Of a stretch of DNA of 64,000 nt, positions 37,201 to 48,006 are shown piece after piece (position 1 is the stretch's first letter; every line of letters begins with the position of its first letter). A program made the translations under genes and the position numbers. The stretch comes from Schaedlerella sp. Lineage in GTDB: Bacteria > Bacillota > Clostridia > Lachnospirales > Lachnospiraceae. The notes below the pieces were generated by a model. The model made no database searches. It saw only the letters and a program-made list of their open reading frames with translations, and was not told the DNA's origin. The DNA is taken from positions 1,408 through 65,407 of the forward strand of contig JAXJUL010000027.1 of assembly GCA_036309085.1 (NCBI GenBank), in the 5' to 3' direction.

Positions 37201-38148
37201 ATGAAGCAGCCTGCAGTAATGGTATACCTTATGACAGGTTTTTTGGACAGTGGTAAAACAGAATTCTTAAAATTTACACTGGCACAGGAATATTTCCAAA
37301 TTGATGGAAAAACACTTCTCATTCTCTGTGAAGAGGGAGAAGAGGAATATGATGAAGAATTGCTAGAAGAATGCAACGTTGTGGTCGAGACTGTGGACAG
37401 TCAGGAAGAATTTACTTCTGAATGGCTGAAAGAGATGAATGCAAAGCATCATCCGGCCAGAGTTGTAGTGGAATATAATGGTATGTGGAGAGTCAGCGAA
37501 TTCGAAGAGATGGAACTTCCATATGGCTGGGGAATTGAACAAAAGCTGACGGTGGTGGATGCAAGCACCTTCCAGATGTACCTTACAAATCTGAAACCGT
37601 TGTTTGTGGAAATGGTACGTGATTCAGAACTTGTATTATTTAACCGCTGTACGGATCTTGAGCCGTTGGCAGGATACAGAAGAAGCGTAAAAGTTGTAAG
37701 TCCACAGGCAGAGGTTATCTTTGAAGACGAAGAAGGCGAGATTGAAAATATTTTTGAAAATGATGTGCCATATGATCTGGATGCTGATGTGATCGAAGTT
37801 ATGCCGGAAGATTATGGTATCTTTTACATTGATGCGATGGAAAGACCAGAGGTGTATGAGGGAAAAGTAGTGGAATATACAGCAAGAGCGATGAAGCCAA
37901 AAGCATTTCCAAAGACAATATTTTTTCCGGGACGTATGGCAATGACATGTTGTGCGGATGATACATCATTTTTAGGATTTGTATGCAAGAGTGAGGAGAC
38001 ACCTCGCATAAAGGCGGGGCAGTGGGTGAAAATCCGTGCACGTGTTGGATATGAAAATCTTGCAGTTTATGAGGGAATCGGTCCGGTTCTGTACGCAGAA
38101 AAATTAGAACTTACAAATGAGATCGAAGACCTCGTATACTTTAACTAA
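37201..38148 (+). CDS. CobW-like P-loop protein with C-terminal TIGR03943-like domain
   Basis: GFLDSGKT, VEYNGMW, GRMAMTCCADD; immediately follows CobW. Confidence 0.75.
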   Translation: MKQPAVMVYLMTGFLDSGKTEFLKFTLAQEYFQIDGKTLLILCEEGEEEYDEELLEECNVVVETVDSQEEFTSEWLKEMNAKHHPARVVVEYNGMWRVSEFEEMELPYGWGIEQKLTVVDASTFQMYLTNLKPLFVEMVRDSELVLFNRCTDLEPLAGYRRSVKVVSPQAEVIFEDEEGEIENIFENDVPYDLDADVIEVMPEDYGIFYIDAMERPEVYEGKVVEYTARAMKPKAFPKTIFFPGRMAMTCCADDTSFLGFVCKSEETPRIKAGQWVKIRARVGYENLAVYEGIGPVLYAEKLELTNEIEDLVYFN

Positions 38149-38173
38149 AAACTCAGGATGAGAGGATCAGAAT

Positions 38174-39010
38174 ATGAAATTTACAAAAATGCAGGGACTT
38201 GGAAATGATTATGTATATGTAAACTGTTTTGAAGAGAAGATTGAAAATCCTTCTCAGACAGCAATTCAGGTGAGTGAACGTCATTTTGGAATCGGATCAG
38301 ACGGACTGATCATGATTAATCCATCTAAAGTGGCTGACTTTGAGATGGAGATGTATAATGCAGACGGTTCACGTGGAGAAATGTGCGGAAATGGGGTTCG
38401 TTGTGTAGGAAAATATGTTTATGACTATGGTCTGACAACAAAGACAAATATTTCCGTTGAGACTCTTGGTGGAATTAAGTATCTTGATCTGGATGTGGAA
38501 GATGGGAAAGTAAAATCCGTAAGAGTAGATATGGGAAGTCCAATCTTGAAATCAGAACTAATTCCAATCGTATCAAAGAATGAACAGGTAATCATGGAAT
38601 CAATCATTGTAGATGGAAAAGAATATTTGATGACAGGAGTTTCTATGGGAAATCCTCATACAGTTGTATTTATGGACGATGTGGATAATCTGGATATCCG
38701 TGCAATCGGACCAAAATTTGAGAATCATGAACGTTTCCCAAAGCGTATCAATACAGAGTTTGTAAAGGTTCTGGACAGAAAGACTGTGCAGATGCGTGTG
38801 TGGGAACGTGGTTCTGAAGAGACAATGGCATGTGGAACAGGTGCATGTGCGGTAGCTGTTGCATGTATCTTAAATGGCTATACAGAAGATGTTGTTACAG
38901 TAAAACTTCTTGGCGGTGATCTTAAGATTGAATGGGATCGTGAGAACGATAAAGTATATATGACAGGTCCGGCAGCAGTTTCATTTGACGGAGTATGGAA
39001 TCCGAGATAG
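38174..39010 (+). CDS. dapF: Diaminopimelate epimerase
   Basis: KMQGLGNDY, EMCGNG, SMGNPH, ERGSEETMACGTGA. Confidence 0.97.
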   Translation: MKFTKMQGLGNDYVYVNCFEEKIENPSQTAIQVSERHFGIGSDGLIMINPSKVADFEMEMYNADGSRGEMCGNGVRCVGKYVYDYGLTTKTNISVETLGGIKYLDLDVEDGKVKSVRVDMGSPILKSELIPIVSKNEQVIMESIIVDGKEYLMTGVSMGNPHTVVFMDDVDNLDIRAIGPKFENHERFPKRINTEFVKVLDRKTVQMRVWERGSEETMACGTGACAVAVACILNGYTEDVVTVKLLGGDLKIEWDRENDKVYMTGPAAVSFDGVWNPR

Positions 39011-39036
39011 AATCTACGGATTATGGCACATTTTTG

Positions 39037-39091
39037 TTGAAGGTCTTTTGATAGCTATGGTATACTACCGATATTGAAGTATCGGTAGTAT
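39037..39091 (+). promoter_or_regulatory. Putative promoter overlapped by a perfect 12-bp inverted repeat
   Basis: TTGAAG (39037)-18 nt-TATACT (39061) with extended TG; ATACTACCGATA-ttgaag-TATCGGTAGTAT at 39062-39091. Confidence 0.5.
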
Positions 39092-39108
39092 CAACAAAGG
39101 AGCACGAG

Positions 39109-40323
39109 ATGAAAAAGACGTGGAGTGAGCGACGTAAGAGGGTTTTTGAAATCTTAGAGGTCGGAGCAGATGATGACTATGTCAGTCGTTCTTATGACTA
39201 TATCAATGCGATTGCAATTATTATAAATATTGTTGCCAGCATTATGCTGACATATGAGGGGTTTGAGCGAAAATACGGAGCTGTATTGTTGGTGGCAGAA
39301 GAAGTCACGGTTGCATTTTTCTGTCTTGATTATTTGTTGCGTATCTGGACGGCAAAGTTTTTATATCCGGACAGAGCAGAGCATAAGGCAATCAGAAGAT
39401 ACATGTTATCATTTACAGGCGTTGTGGACATGTTGTCCTTCCTGCCGTATTATCTTCCATTTTTCATGCCAGCAGGAACTGTTGCATTCCGAATGATCCG
39501 AATTGTTCGTATTTTCAGATTGTTCCGTATCAATGCATATTATGACTCACTGAGCGTTATTACGGAAGTCATTTATGGAAAGCGTCAGCAGTTGATATCT
39601 TCCGTTTCTATTATCCTGATTTTGATGATAGGTTCCAGTCTGTGTATGTACAGTTTGGAGCATGAGGTACAGCCGGAAGTATTTAATAATGCATTTTCAG
39701 GAATATGGTGGGCTTCATCGACGCTTCTGACGGTTGGTTATGGGGATATTTATCCGGTTACAACTCTGGGAAAGCTCTTTGGAATAGTAATTACCTTTCT
39801 TGGAGTTGGTATGGTTGCGATTCCTACTGGTATTATCTCTGCCGGATTCGTAGATCAGTACTCCAATATTAAAAAAAGAACGGAGTATGGTTATGAAGAA
39901 GATATGCAGTTTATCAAGATTCATATCAAAGAGCGTGACAAGTGGAATGGAAAGAGTATTTCTCAACTGCAGCTGCCGGCAGGTGTTATTATTGCGATGA
40001 TTAAACGAGGCGAAGAGATGATCATTCCACGAGGGAATATAGTTCTGAAAAAAGGAGATGGAGTAATCTTGGGGGCGGAACCATTTGTAGAACAGGAGCA
40101 TGAACATATCTCCCTGAAAGAAATAACGCTGCAGAAGCAGAATCCGTGGAATGGAATGAAGATTCGTGATCTGGATATTTCACGTCATGCAGTTATTGTA
40201 TTAGTAAAGCGTGAAGGGAAGGCAAAGATTCCATATGGGGATATGGTACTTAAAGAAGGAGATAATATTTTCCTTTATACACACCGCAGACTGTCACACG
40301 CAAGTGAGATTGAAATAAAATAA
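39109..40323 (+). CDS. 6TM potassium channel with two TrkA-C (RCK-C) domains
   Basis: S4-like RMIRIVRIFRLFRI, filter TVGYGD, two IKRG...IIPRG / VKRE...IPYG units. Confidence 0.92.
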   Translation: MKKTWSERRKRVFEILEVGADDDYVSRSYDYINAIAIIINIVASIMLTYEGFERKYGAVLLVAEEVTVAFFCLDYLLRIWTAKFLYPDRAEHKAIRRYMLSFTGVVDMLSFLPYYLPFFMPAGTVAFRMIRIVRIFRLFRINAYYDSLSVITEVIYGKRQQLISSVSIILILMIGSSLCMYSLEHEVQPEVFNNAFSGIWWASSTLLTVGYGDIYPVTTLGKLFGIVITFLGVGMVAIPTGIISAGFVDQYSNIKKRTEYGYEEDMQFIKIHIKERDKWNGKSISQLQLPAGVIIAMIKRGEEMIIPRGNIVLKKGDGVILGAEPFVEQEHEHISLKEITLQKQNPWNGMKIRDLDISRHAVIVLVKREGKAKIPYGDMVLKEGDNIFLYTHRRLSHASEIEIK

Positions 40324-40491
40324 TTTTATAATGGAGTTTACAGGTTCTTTCTGTGTGGGAATTATTTCCAGACGAAAGGGCCTGTTTTCTTTTCTAAAAA
40401 CTTGTCAATTAGAGTTCTGTTGTGATAGTATATATCAGAGGTGAGTAACCAATTTTGGATTTTAACAGAAGTTTAAAAGAGAGGTACATAT

Positions 40492-42030
40492 ATGATAACA
40501 ATTAAAGAATATACAGGGCACATCCGTAACTGGGCAGCTCTTTGTGAAGAACTTGGAATTGATAAGACTCTTTCAAGAGAAGCACGTGAAGAAGCAATTC
40601 TTGTAAAGGCATACGAGACATGGGGATGTGATATGGCGAACCATATGCATGGTATGTTTGCGTTTGCATTGTGGAATGAAGAAGAACAGAAGCTGTTCTG
40701 TTTAAGGGATCAGTTTGGTACAAAGCCATTCTTCTATTACCAGACAGCAGAGGGCGAACTTCTTTGCAGCACAAGCATCCGTAAGATTATGGAACAGCCG
40801 GGTTTTGTAAAAGAACTGAATGAAGATCTTCTTCAGATTTATATGAGTCTGACATATATTGCAGGAGAAGAGACATTTTTCAAAGGAATAAAGAAACTTC
40901 TTCCAGGACGGTATCTGATATGGCAGAATGGAGAATATGAGATTACTCGTTACTGGAAACCAGAATTCCATCCGGATGAAAGCAAAACCCTGGAAGATTG
41001 GGCAGATGAGATCCATACAACTCTTCAGACTATTATGAAAGAAGTAAAGACAGAAGATGAATGTGCGAATTCCTTCCTTTCAGGCGGTGTAGATTCTTCT
41101 TATGTACTGGCAATGTCGGATGTACAGATGACAAATTCCTGCGGATATGAAGAAGAACGCTTCGATGAATCTGGAATGGCAGCAGCTACAGCAGATTTAC
41201 TTGAACGTCAGATTTCCAGGTGTATCATTCAGCCGGAAGAGTATTTTGGAATTGTTCCTTATGTAATGTATAATATGGAACAGCCGCTCGGTGATGCATC
41301 TGCGATTGCATTTGCACTGGGATGTAAGGCGACAGCAGAACAGACAAAGCTCTGCTACTCAGGAGAAGGTTCAGATGAGTTCTTTGGCGGATATAATATG
41401 TATCGCAATGCAGAGAGATATGGCGATAATCTGAAGACATTTTATGTTGGAAATACAAACATCATGAAAGAGGATGAGAAGAGGCGTATTCTTAAGAACT
41501 ATAAAGAAGATGTTCTTCCAATCAATCTTGTAAAAGAGATTTATGAAGAGAATGAGGGACTTGATCCACTCTCCAAGATGTCAGATGTAGATATCCAGAT
41601 CTGGCTGGAAGGTGATATTTATCTGAATGTAGACAAGATGAGCACAGCAGCAGGACTTGAGATCAGAATGCCGCTTACAGATACAAGAATTTTTGATATT
41701 GCATCCCGTATGCCTTCAAAGTATAAAGTAAATGCAGAGCAGAACAAGGTTGCACTTCGTACAGCAGCAGCAAAGGTACTGCCAGAAGAGATTGCATTCC
41801 GTAAAAAACTTGGATTCATTGTTCCAATCCGTATCTGGATGGCTGATTCCAGATATAATCAGGATGTACAGAGACTCTTCAACAGTGAGATTGCAGAAAA
41901 GTTCTTCAATGTAGATGAAATTAAAGCAATTTTTGATGAGTATATTGGAGGAAACTCTGATAACTGGAGAAAAGTATGGACAATTTATACATTCCTTGTA
42001 TGGTATGAAGAATATTTTGTAAAAAGATAA
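40492..42030 (+). CDS. Asparagine synthetase B-like protein with truncated glutaminase domain
   Basis: GMFAFALW, RDQFGTKPFFY, FLSGGVDSS, SGEGSDEFFGGY, RKKLGFIVP; no N-terminal Cys. Confidence 0.85.
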   Translation: MITIKEYTGHIRNWAALCEELGIDKTLSREAREEAILVKAYETWGCDMANHMHGMFAFALWNEEEQKLFCLRDQFGTKPFFYYQTAEGELLCSTSIRKIMEQPGFVKELNEDLLQIYMSLTYIAGEETFFKGIKKLLPGRYLIWQNGEYEITRYWKPEFHPDESKTLEDWADEIHTTLQTIMKEVKTEDECANSFLSGGVDSSYVLAMSDVQMTNSCGYEEERFDESGMAAATADLLERQISRCIIQPEEYFGIVPYVMYNMEQPLGDASAIAFALGCKATAEQTKLCYSGEGSDEFFGGYNMYRNAERYGDNLKTFYVGNTNIMKEDEKRRILKNYKEDVLPINLVKEIYEENEGLDPLSKMSDVDIQIWLEGDIYLNVDKMSTAAGLEIRMPLTDTRIFDIASRMPSKYKVNAEQNKVALRTAAAKVLPEEIAFRKKLGFIVPIRIWMADSRYNQDVQRLFNSEIAEKFFNVDEIKAIFDEYIGGNSDNWRKVWTIYTFLVWYEEYFVKR

Positions 42031-42173
42031 GAAAAATATAGAGTAAAGACGAGGGCAGGTAATCAAATCGGTTACTTGCCTCTTTTATTAAATTAAGGGA
42101 AATTAACTATCGTTTTTAGAGAAGAAATGCTATAATAGCAAAGAACATTATTAAATTGATAAGGAATAGAGTC

Positions 42174-44189
42174 ATGAGCAGAGGAACAGAATATCTTAAT
42201 TTTGTGACAGAAAAATTAAACAATAAAATACAGGAAGTTGGAAAAAAGATAGAAGAGGTTCAGCAGGATATCGAAGGAATGCATGATTATTACTGGGAAA
42301 ACTATACAGAGATGGATCAGTATGGATACGAGAATTTTGATAATCAGCAGGCACTTTTGACACAGATTAATGCGAATACAGAGAATATGAAGATGTTTCA
42401 GAGGTTAAGGAAGATGAAAGACTCTCCTTTCTTTGGAAGCGTGGATTTTGTATATGATGGAGAAACGGAGGCTGAACCATTTTATATCGGAATTGCGAAT
42501 TTTTCTGAGAAAAATGGACAATTGCCGTTTGTATATGACTGGAGAGCTCCGGTCAGCAGCCTGTTCTATGATTATGATTCGGGAAAGGCTTCCTATGAAG
42601 CGCCGGGCGGAACAATGGATGGTGAGATTGTTTCCAAACGTCAGTACAAGATTAGAAGTGGAAAGTTAATCTACGAATTTGAGAGTGATATGAAGATCGA
42701 TGATGATATTTTGAAGCAGGAATTGGGAGCAAACAGTGACACTCAGCTTAAGAATATTGTTCGAACAATCCAGAAAGAGCAGAATGCAATCATCCGCAAT
42801 ACAAAGGATAAGATTTTAGCTATTCAGGGGGCTGCAGGAAGTGGAAAGACTTCGGTTGCACTTCATCGAATTGCGTATCTTTTATATCATGACAGAGAAC
42901 GCCTGAATTCCTCCAATGTGTTAATTTTATCACCGAACACGGTATTTTCGGATTACATTTCCCATATTCTTCCAGAACTTGGGGAGGAGAATATTCAGGA
43001 AATGAGTTTCGACATTTTTGCATATAGAGAACTTTTGGATGTTGCGGCAGACTGTGAGGATCGTTACCATTATATTGAAGATCAGATTCAGGGTGTGAAG
43101 ACAGAATTTGGTGAGTGGAAGCAGTCAGAAGGATTCATCGGTGCCATGGAAGGATTCCTTCTGGAGCTGGAAGACAGACTGGTTGATTTTAAAGACATTT
43201 CCTATAAGGGATTTACAAAAAAAGAAGAGGATATTATGAATCTGTTTTATTATAAGTTTCCTGAAATTCCTCTTCTGGACAGAATGTCAGCAATCATGGA
43301 TCTCTTTGTGGATGAGTATGAGACCTTATATAACCGTGATCTGAAAGAAGATGAACTTGTAATCATCACAGAAAAATTCATGAGTCTCTATGTCACTATG
43401 GATATTTATGAAATATATAACTGGTTTTTACAGGATTATGGAATTCCAGAACTTCCGAACAGATCAAAAGAACGAAGAGTGCTTGATTATGAAGACGTAT
43501 ATCCTGTACTGTATTTAAAATATCGTCTTCATGGAGCAAGGAGCCAGAAACATATTCGTCATCTGGTGATTGATGAGATGCAGGATTACTCCTATTTGCA
43601 GTATGTGATTCTTGAAAAAATGTTTTCCTGTAACATGACAATTTTGGGAGACCGTGCTCAGACAGTCGCGGAAGAGCAAAGGGATGTGCTGAAATTTATT
43701 CCCAAAATCTTTGGAAAAAATATTCGTCGTATTGAGATGAAGAAAAGTTATCGTAATACAATCGAGATTGCAAAATATGCAGAGAAAATCGCTTCTGTAA
43801 AAGGAATCGAATATCTGGAACGTCATGGGAAATCAGTGGAAGAGCGCACAGCAGACTCATTAAAAGATGTAATGCAGGAAGTGTTTTCTATTGAGAAAAC
43901 AGGCGGAAAAGGATATGAGACGGCAGCAGTGCTGACGATGACGGAAGAGGAGGCGAAATCCTGCTATGAATGTTTGAAGGCGGAAGGAAAAGAAGTTTCC
44001 TATATAGACAGAGACAGTACGGAATTTAAAAAAGGGCTTACAGTAACGACATTTTATCAGGCGAAAGGATTAGAGTTTGATCAGGTATTTGTAATCGAAG
44101 GAGAAAAAGAAAATCCATTTTATACACAGTATCAGTATATTGCAGCGACAAGAGCACTGCATGAGCTCTATGTGTATAAGATAGTGTGA
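42174..44189 (+). CDS. HelD-like SF1 helicase/ATPase
   Basis: YDWRAPVSSLFY, TIQKEQN, QGAAGSGKTSVALHRIAYL, IDEMQD, KSYR, AKGLEFD, YIAATRALH. Confidence 0.88.
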   Translation: MSRGTEYLNFVTEKLNNKIQEVGKKIEEVQQDIEGMHDYYWENYTEMDQYGYENFDNQQALLTQINANTENMKMFQRLRKMKDSPFFGSVDFVYDGETEAEPFYIGIANFSEKNGQLPFVYDWRAPVSSLFYDYDSGKASYEAPGGTMDGEIVSKRQYKIRSGKLIYEFESDMKIDDDILKQELGANSDTQLKNIVRTIQKEQNAIIRNTKDKILAIQGAAGSGKTSVALHRIAYLLYHDRERLNSSNVLILSPNTVFSDYISHILPELGEENIQEMSFDIFAYRELLDVAADCEDRYHYIEDQIQGVKTEFGEWKQSEGFIGAMEGFLLELEDRLVDFKDISYKGFTKKEEDIMNLFYYKFPEIPLLDRMSAIMDLFVDEYETLYNRDLKEDELVIITEKFMSLYVTMDIYEIYNWFLQDYGIPELPNRSKERRVLDYEDVYPVLYLKYRLHGARSQKHIRHLVIDEMQDYSYLQYVILEKMFSCNMTILGDRAQTVAEEQRDVLKFIPKIFGKNIRRIEMKKSYRNTIEIAKYAEKIASVKGIEYLERHGKSVEERTADSLKDVMQEVFSIEKTGGKGYETAAVLTMTEEEAKSCYECLKAEGKEVSYIDRDSTEFKKGLTVTTFYQAKGLEFDQVFVIEGEKENPFYTQYQYIAATRALHELYVYKIV

Positions 44190-44218
44190 TAATAAGATGA
44201 AAAAGCAGGAGGTATTTT

Positions 44219-45571
44219 ATGGGAACATTATTATTAAGAGATGTAAGATTTCTTGTGACATGTGATGATGACGATCGTGTATTGGAGAATGTGAATGTCC
44301 TCATCAAAGATGGAGTGATCGATTATATCGGCTGTGAGAAAAAAGATGCAGAGCAGTGTATTGATGCATCAAAAATGGTGATTTATCCAGGACTTTTGAA
44401 CTCGCACCATCATCTGTATCAGATTTTTACACGAAATCTTCCACAGGTACAGAATATGGAATTATTTCCATGGTTGAAAACTTTATATGAAATCTGGAAA
44501 AAGATCGATGGAGAGCAGGTGTACTACAGCTCCATGACAGGACTCGGCGAACTATTAAAGACTGGATGTACAACCGTTCTGGATCATCATTATGTATTCC
44601 CACAGCATAGCGCAGATACATTGTTGGATGCTCAGTTTGCGGCAGCAGATGAGATTGGTGTTCGTATGTATGCGACAAGAGGAAGTATGGATTTAAGTGT
44701 AAAAGACGGAGGACTTCCGCCGGATACAGTTGTGCAGTCAATTGACGAAATTTTAAGAGATTCTCAGAAAGCAGTGGAGAAATTCCATGATGGCAGCAGA
44801 TTTTCTATGCGAAATGTTGCTCTTGCCCCATGTTCTCCATTCAGCGTGACAGGAGATCTTTTAAGAGAAAGTGCGAAGCTTGCAAGAACACTGGGAGTGC
44901 GTCTGCATACACACCTTGCAGAGACAAAAGATGAAGAGAACTTTACACTGGAAAAATTCGGTATGCGTCCGCTTGCCTATATGGAGACACTTGGATGGAT
45001 CGGAGATGATGTGTGGTATGCGCATGGAATTCATTTTAATGAAGAAGAATTAAAGGTGCTGGCACAGACAGGCACAGGTGTTGCTCATTGTCCGGTTTCC
45101 AATATGAAACTGTCTTCTGGCATTGCAAGAATTCCGGAAATGCTTAAACTGGATGTTCCGGTGGGGCTTGCAGTTGACGGAAGTGCAAGTAATGATGGGT
45201 CTAATATTTTAGAGGAAATTCGTGTGGCATATTTGCTTCACAGATTGAACTCAAGCAGCCAAGCACCGAGCGGATATGATATTTTAAAAATGGCCACAAG
45301 AGGAAATGCAAGAATTCTTGGACGTCCTGATCTTGGGAAGATCACAGTTGGCTGTGCAGGAGATTGTTTTGGTATTTCTTTGGACAAGCTGGAACTTGTG
45401 GGAACTGATTTTGACCCAACTTCCCTCCTTGGTTGTGTTGGATATAAAGGAGCTGTTGATTATACAATTGTAAATGGTAAGGTGGTTGTAGATCATGATC
45501 ATCTTGTAAATATTGATGAGGCAAAGATTACAGAAAAGGCCAATGAAGCCTGCAGAAGATTACATAGATAG
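44219..45571 (+). CDS. Amidohydrolase, 8-oxoguanine deaminase/AtzB-like
   Basis: PGLLNSHHHLYQ, APCSPFS, HTHLAET, AHCPVSN, VDGSASND. Confidence 0.85.
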   Translation: MGTLLLRDVRFLVTCDDDDRVLENVNVLIKDGVIDYIGCEKKDAEQCIDASKMVIYPGLLNSHHHLYQIFTRNLPQVQNMELFPWLKTLYEIWKKIDGEQVYYSSMTGLGELLKTGCTTVLDHHYVFPQHSADTLLDAQFAAADEIGVRMYATRGSMDLSVKDGGLPPDTVVQSIDEILRDSQKAVEKFHDGSRFSMRNVALAPCSPFSVTGDLLRESAKLARTLGVRLHTHLAETKDEENFTLEKFGMRPLAYMETLGWIGDDVWYAHGIHFNEEELKVLAQTGTGVAHCPVSNMKLSSGIARIPEMLKLDVPVGLAVDGSASNDGSNILEEIRVAYLLHRLNSSSQAPSGYDILKMATRGNARILGRPDLGKITVGCAGDCFGISLDKLELVGTDFDPTSLLGCVGYKGAVDYTIVNGKVVVDHDHLVNIDEAKITEKANEACRRLHR

Positions 45572-45593
45572 CTTGTACAATAAAAAAGGAGAG

Positions 45594-46535
45594 GTGATTA
45601 TTGGAATTTTCCGTAAGAGATTCGGTGATTATCCAGAAGAAATGATGGTTGTGCTTGGAAAAGTGAAAAAAGAGAAATGGTATGACCATAGTAAATTACC
45701 TATTTTTCTTGCTGCAGCATTTCTTCCATTGGTTTTTGGCAGCAGTGTTGGATCAGAGGCAGGACTTGTAGGAATTATTACTGCATTTTGCTACTGGGTT
45801 GCAGATGGATTGAAAAAATATGCAGGGCAGCCTCTTGGAAAAGCATTAAAGAGTATTACGTATGGTTTTGCGATTGCAGCAGGCTTAAGTGCCTATGTTG
45901 TGCTTAATAAAGTTTTTGGAACTGCAATGGCAGGCTTTCCAACTTTCGAAGTTGCCATACCAACTGGAAAAGATATGATTATGGCAGTCGTATATATCAT
46001 TTTTGGCTGTCTTCTGGCAAAAGTTTATGAACTTACACATCAGGGAAGTCATACAGCGGCAGAGAAATTTCCTCCTATTGTAAAAGAAACTGTGGCGGGA
46101 TTTTTACTGGGGCTTGCGGCAACCTTTGTTCCACAGATTATGTTTTCTGGAGAAGAAGAAATTCATCATCTGATGACAGAGTATGCAGAATATCTGCCAT
46201 GGATGCTTCTGGGCATTGCACTGCTTAAAATTTTGATGACAAATGTATGTATTCAGTTCGGGTTAAAAGGAGGTCACTTCTTCCTGCTGATCTATGCCGG
46301 AGTTGCTGCCGGATATGCAATTGCAATGTTTGTATTTCCTGGTGGAACATCGGAACATATGATGTTTTCGGCAGCTGTTGTGACATCTGCAATGTTAGGT
46401 GCGAATATGAAAATGCCGGCGGTAGTAATTCTTCTTCTCTTACTTTGTTTTCCGGTTCGTATGGTATTGTGGCTTGGAATCGGAGCATTTTCCGGAAGTT
46501 CGATTATGTCAATAGGAGGCAGATGTGATGAATAA
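45594..46535 (+). CDS. CLC-family chloride channel homologue, apparently shortened
   Basis: GSSVGSEAG, MFSGE, LKGGHFF; GGAG RBS then GTG 45594; starts mid-domain. Confidence 0.65.
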   Translation: MIIGIFRKRFGDYPEEMMVVLGKVKKEKWYDHSKLPIFLAAAFLPLVFGSSVGSEAGLVGIITAFCYWVADGLKKYAGQPLGKALKSITYGFAIAAGLSAYVVLNKVFGTAMAGFPTFEVAIPTGKDMIMAVVYIIFGCLLAKVYELTHQGSHTAAEKFPPIVKETVAGFLLGLAATFVPQIMFSGEEEIHHLMTEYAEYLPWMLLGIALLKILMTNVCIQFGLKGGHFFLLIYAGVAAGYAIAMFVFPGGTSEHMMFSAAVVTSAMLGANMKMPAVVILLLLLCFPVRMVLWLGIGAFSGSSIMSIGGRCDE

Positions 46536-47790
46536 TTTTTTGACGGCTACAGTTTTTCTGTTGGCGTTTGTAGTGTTTTTAGGATTTTTTAATGAGAAGG
46601 TAACCAAATTTACATATGAAATTTCATTGATGCTTTTTTCAATTGTGATTGGAGCAGTGATTTTGATCGCGCGTCTTACATTCGGTGAAGAAACGACTGT
46701 ATCAAGAATTTTAGCAGAGATTGATTTTACAAAGCTGGAGACATTTCTTATGGAAGGAGTTCTTTGCTTCATGCTTTTTGCCGGTTCCTGTCATATGAGG
46801 CTTATGGATTTTAAAAAACATGCAAAGACAATCTCTCTGCTTGCCATAGGAGCAACTTTGCTCGGCGCAGTATTTTACGGAGTGTTATTCTATGGAATCA
46901 GTGCACTTCTGGGCCTGAATCTTTCTCTTCCGATATGTCTTATGTTTGGCAGTATTACTGCACCAACAGATCCAATTGCAGCCACAAGTATCCTGAAGAA
47001 ATTTAACCTTCCATCTAAGATTGGTTTTATTATCGAGGGAGAATCTCTTTTAAATGATGGTGTAGGTGTTGCTTTATTTGTTTGCTTTTCAGGTATTGTA
47101 ACCGCGCAGGACAATGGCGGATTTTTTGCTGTAATGGCAAAAGAATTATTTGGAGCGGTGCTGGTCGGAATTGTGATTACAGCTCTCTGCTTCCCAATCT
47201 TTAAGAGCAGTCAAGATGTAACAAGAAAGATTTTTACAAGTCTTCTTGCAGTTTCCGGTTCATATCTTGCATGCGAACATTTTGAATTTTCCGGTGCGAT
47301 TGCATCTGTAGTGTGTGGTGTGCTTTTCTCAGCACTTCGTAACTGGAATGAGCAGAAAGGACACAAATGGGAACTTGAGAATTTTGATATATTCTGGGAG
47401 ATTCTCGACAGTTTAATGAACTCTGTTTTATATGTAATGCTTGGTCTTTCATTCTGTCAGATTCTGCAGATGGAATATGTATTAATCTTGTCTATTGCAG
47501 CGATTGTGATCAACCTGATCGGACGTTCCGGAAGTGTAGGTGTTGCGGCATTGTTTGCAGGAGCACTTCCTGATGGATACGATAAGGTGAGTTTTGTAAA
47601 ACTTCTAACTTGGGGAGGACTTCGAGGCGGTCTTTCTGTTGCACTGGCTATGAGCACAAGAGAGATGGTAAATCCTGATATATATTACATCATCCTTGGA
47701 GGTACTTATGCAATTGTATTCTTTACAACAATTGTGCAGGGTATGACTATGCCGAAGGTGTATAATAAAATTAAAGAAGGACTGAAATAA
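46528..47790 (+). CDS. CPA1 Na+/H+ antiporter (NhaP-like)
   Basis: PTDPIA, IEGESLLNDG, WGGLRGGLSVALA, VQGMT. Confidence 0.93.
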   Translation: MNNFLTATVFLLAFVVFLGFFNEKVTKFTYEISLMLFSIVIGAVILIARLTFGEETTVSRILAEIDFTKLETFLMEGVLCFMLFAGSCHMRLMDFKKHAKTISLLAIGATLLGAVFYGVLFYGISALLGLNLSLPICLMFGSITAPTDPIAATSILKKFNLPSKIGFIIEGESLLNDGVGVALFVCFSGIVTAQDNGGFFAVMAKELFGAVLVGIVITALCFPIFKSSQDVTRKIFTSLLAVSGSYLACEHFEFSGAIASVVCGVLFSALRNWNEQKGHKWELENFDIFWEILDSLMNSVLYVMLGLSFCQILQMEYVLILSIAAIVINLIGRSGSVGVAALFAGALPDGYDKVSFVKLLTWGGLRGGLSVALAMSTREMVNPDIYYIILGGTYAIVFFTTIVQGMTMPKVYNKIKEGLK

Positions 47791-48006
47791 AGAAGCCTTG
47801 GAAACAAGCTTAGAAACTATGCTTCGCAGTCAGGAAATGGCAGAGATGTGACTTGTAAAGGTTGCATCTCTTTATTTAATAGAAATTTAATTGAAAATAC
47901 ACTCCATGTATTATATAGTAGAGCAACATAATCTTGAAAATCTTAATTATTCTATGGCGTTCGCCGAAAAGATTCCAGGAAAATAAAAAAGGAAAAGAGG
48001 AAATGG

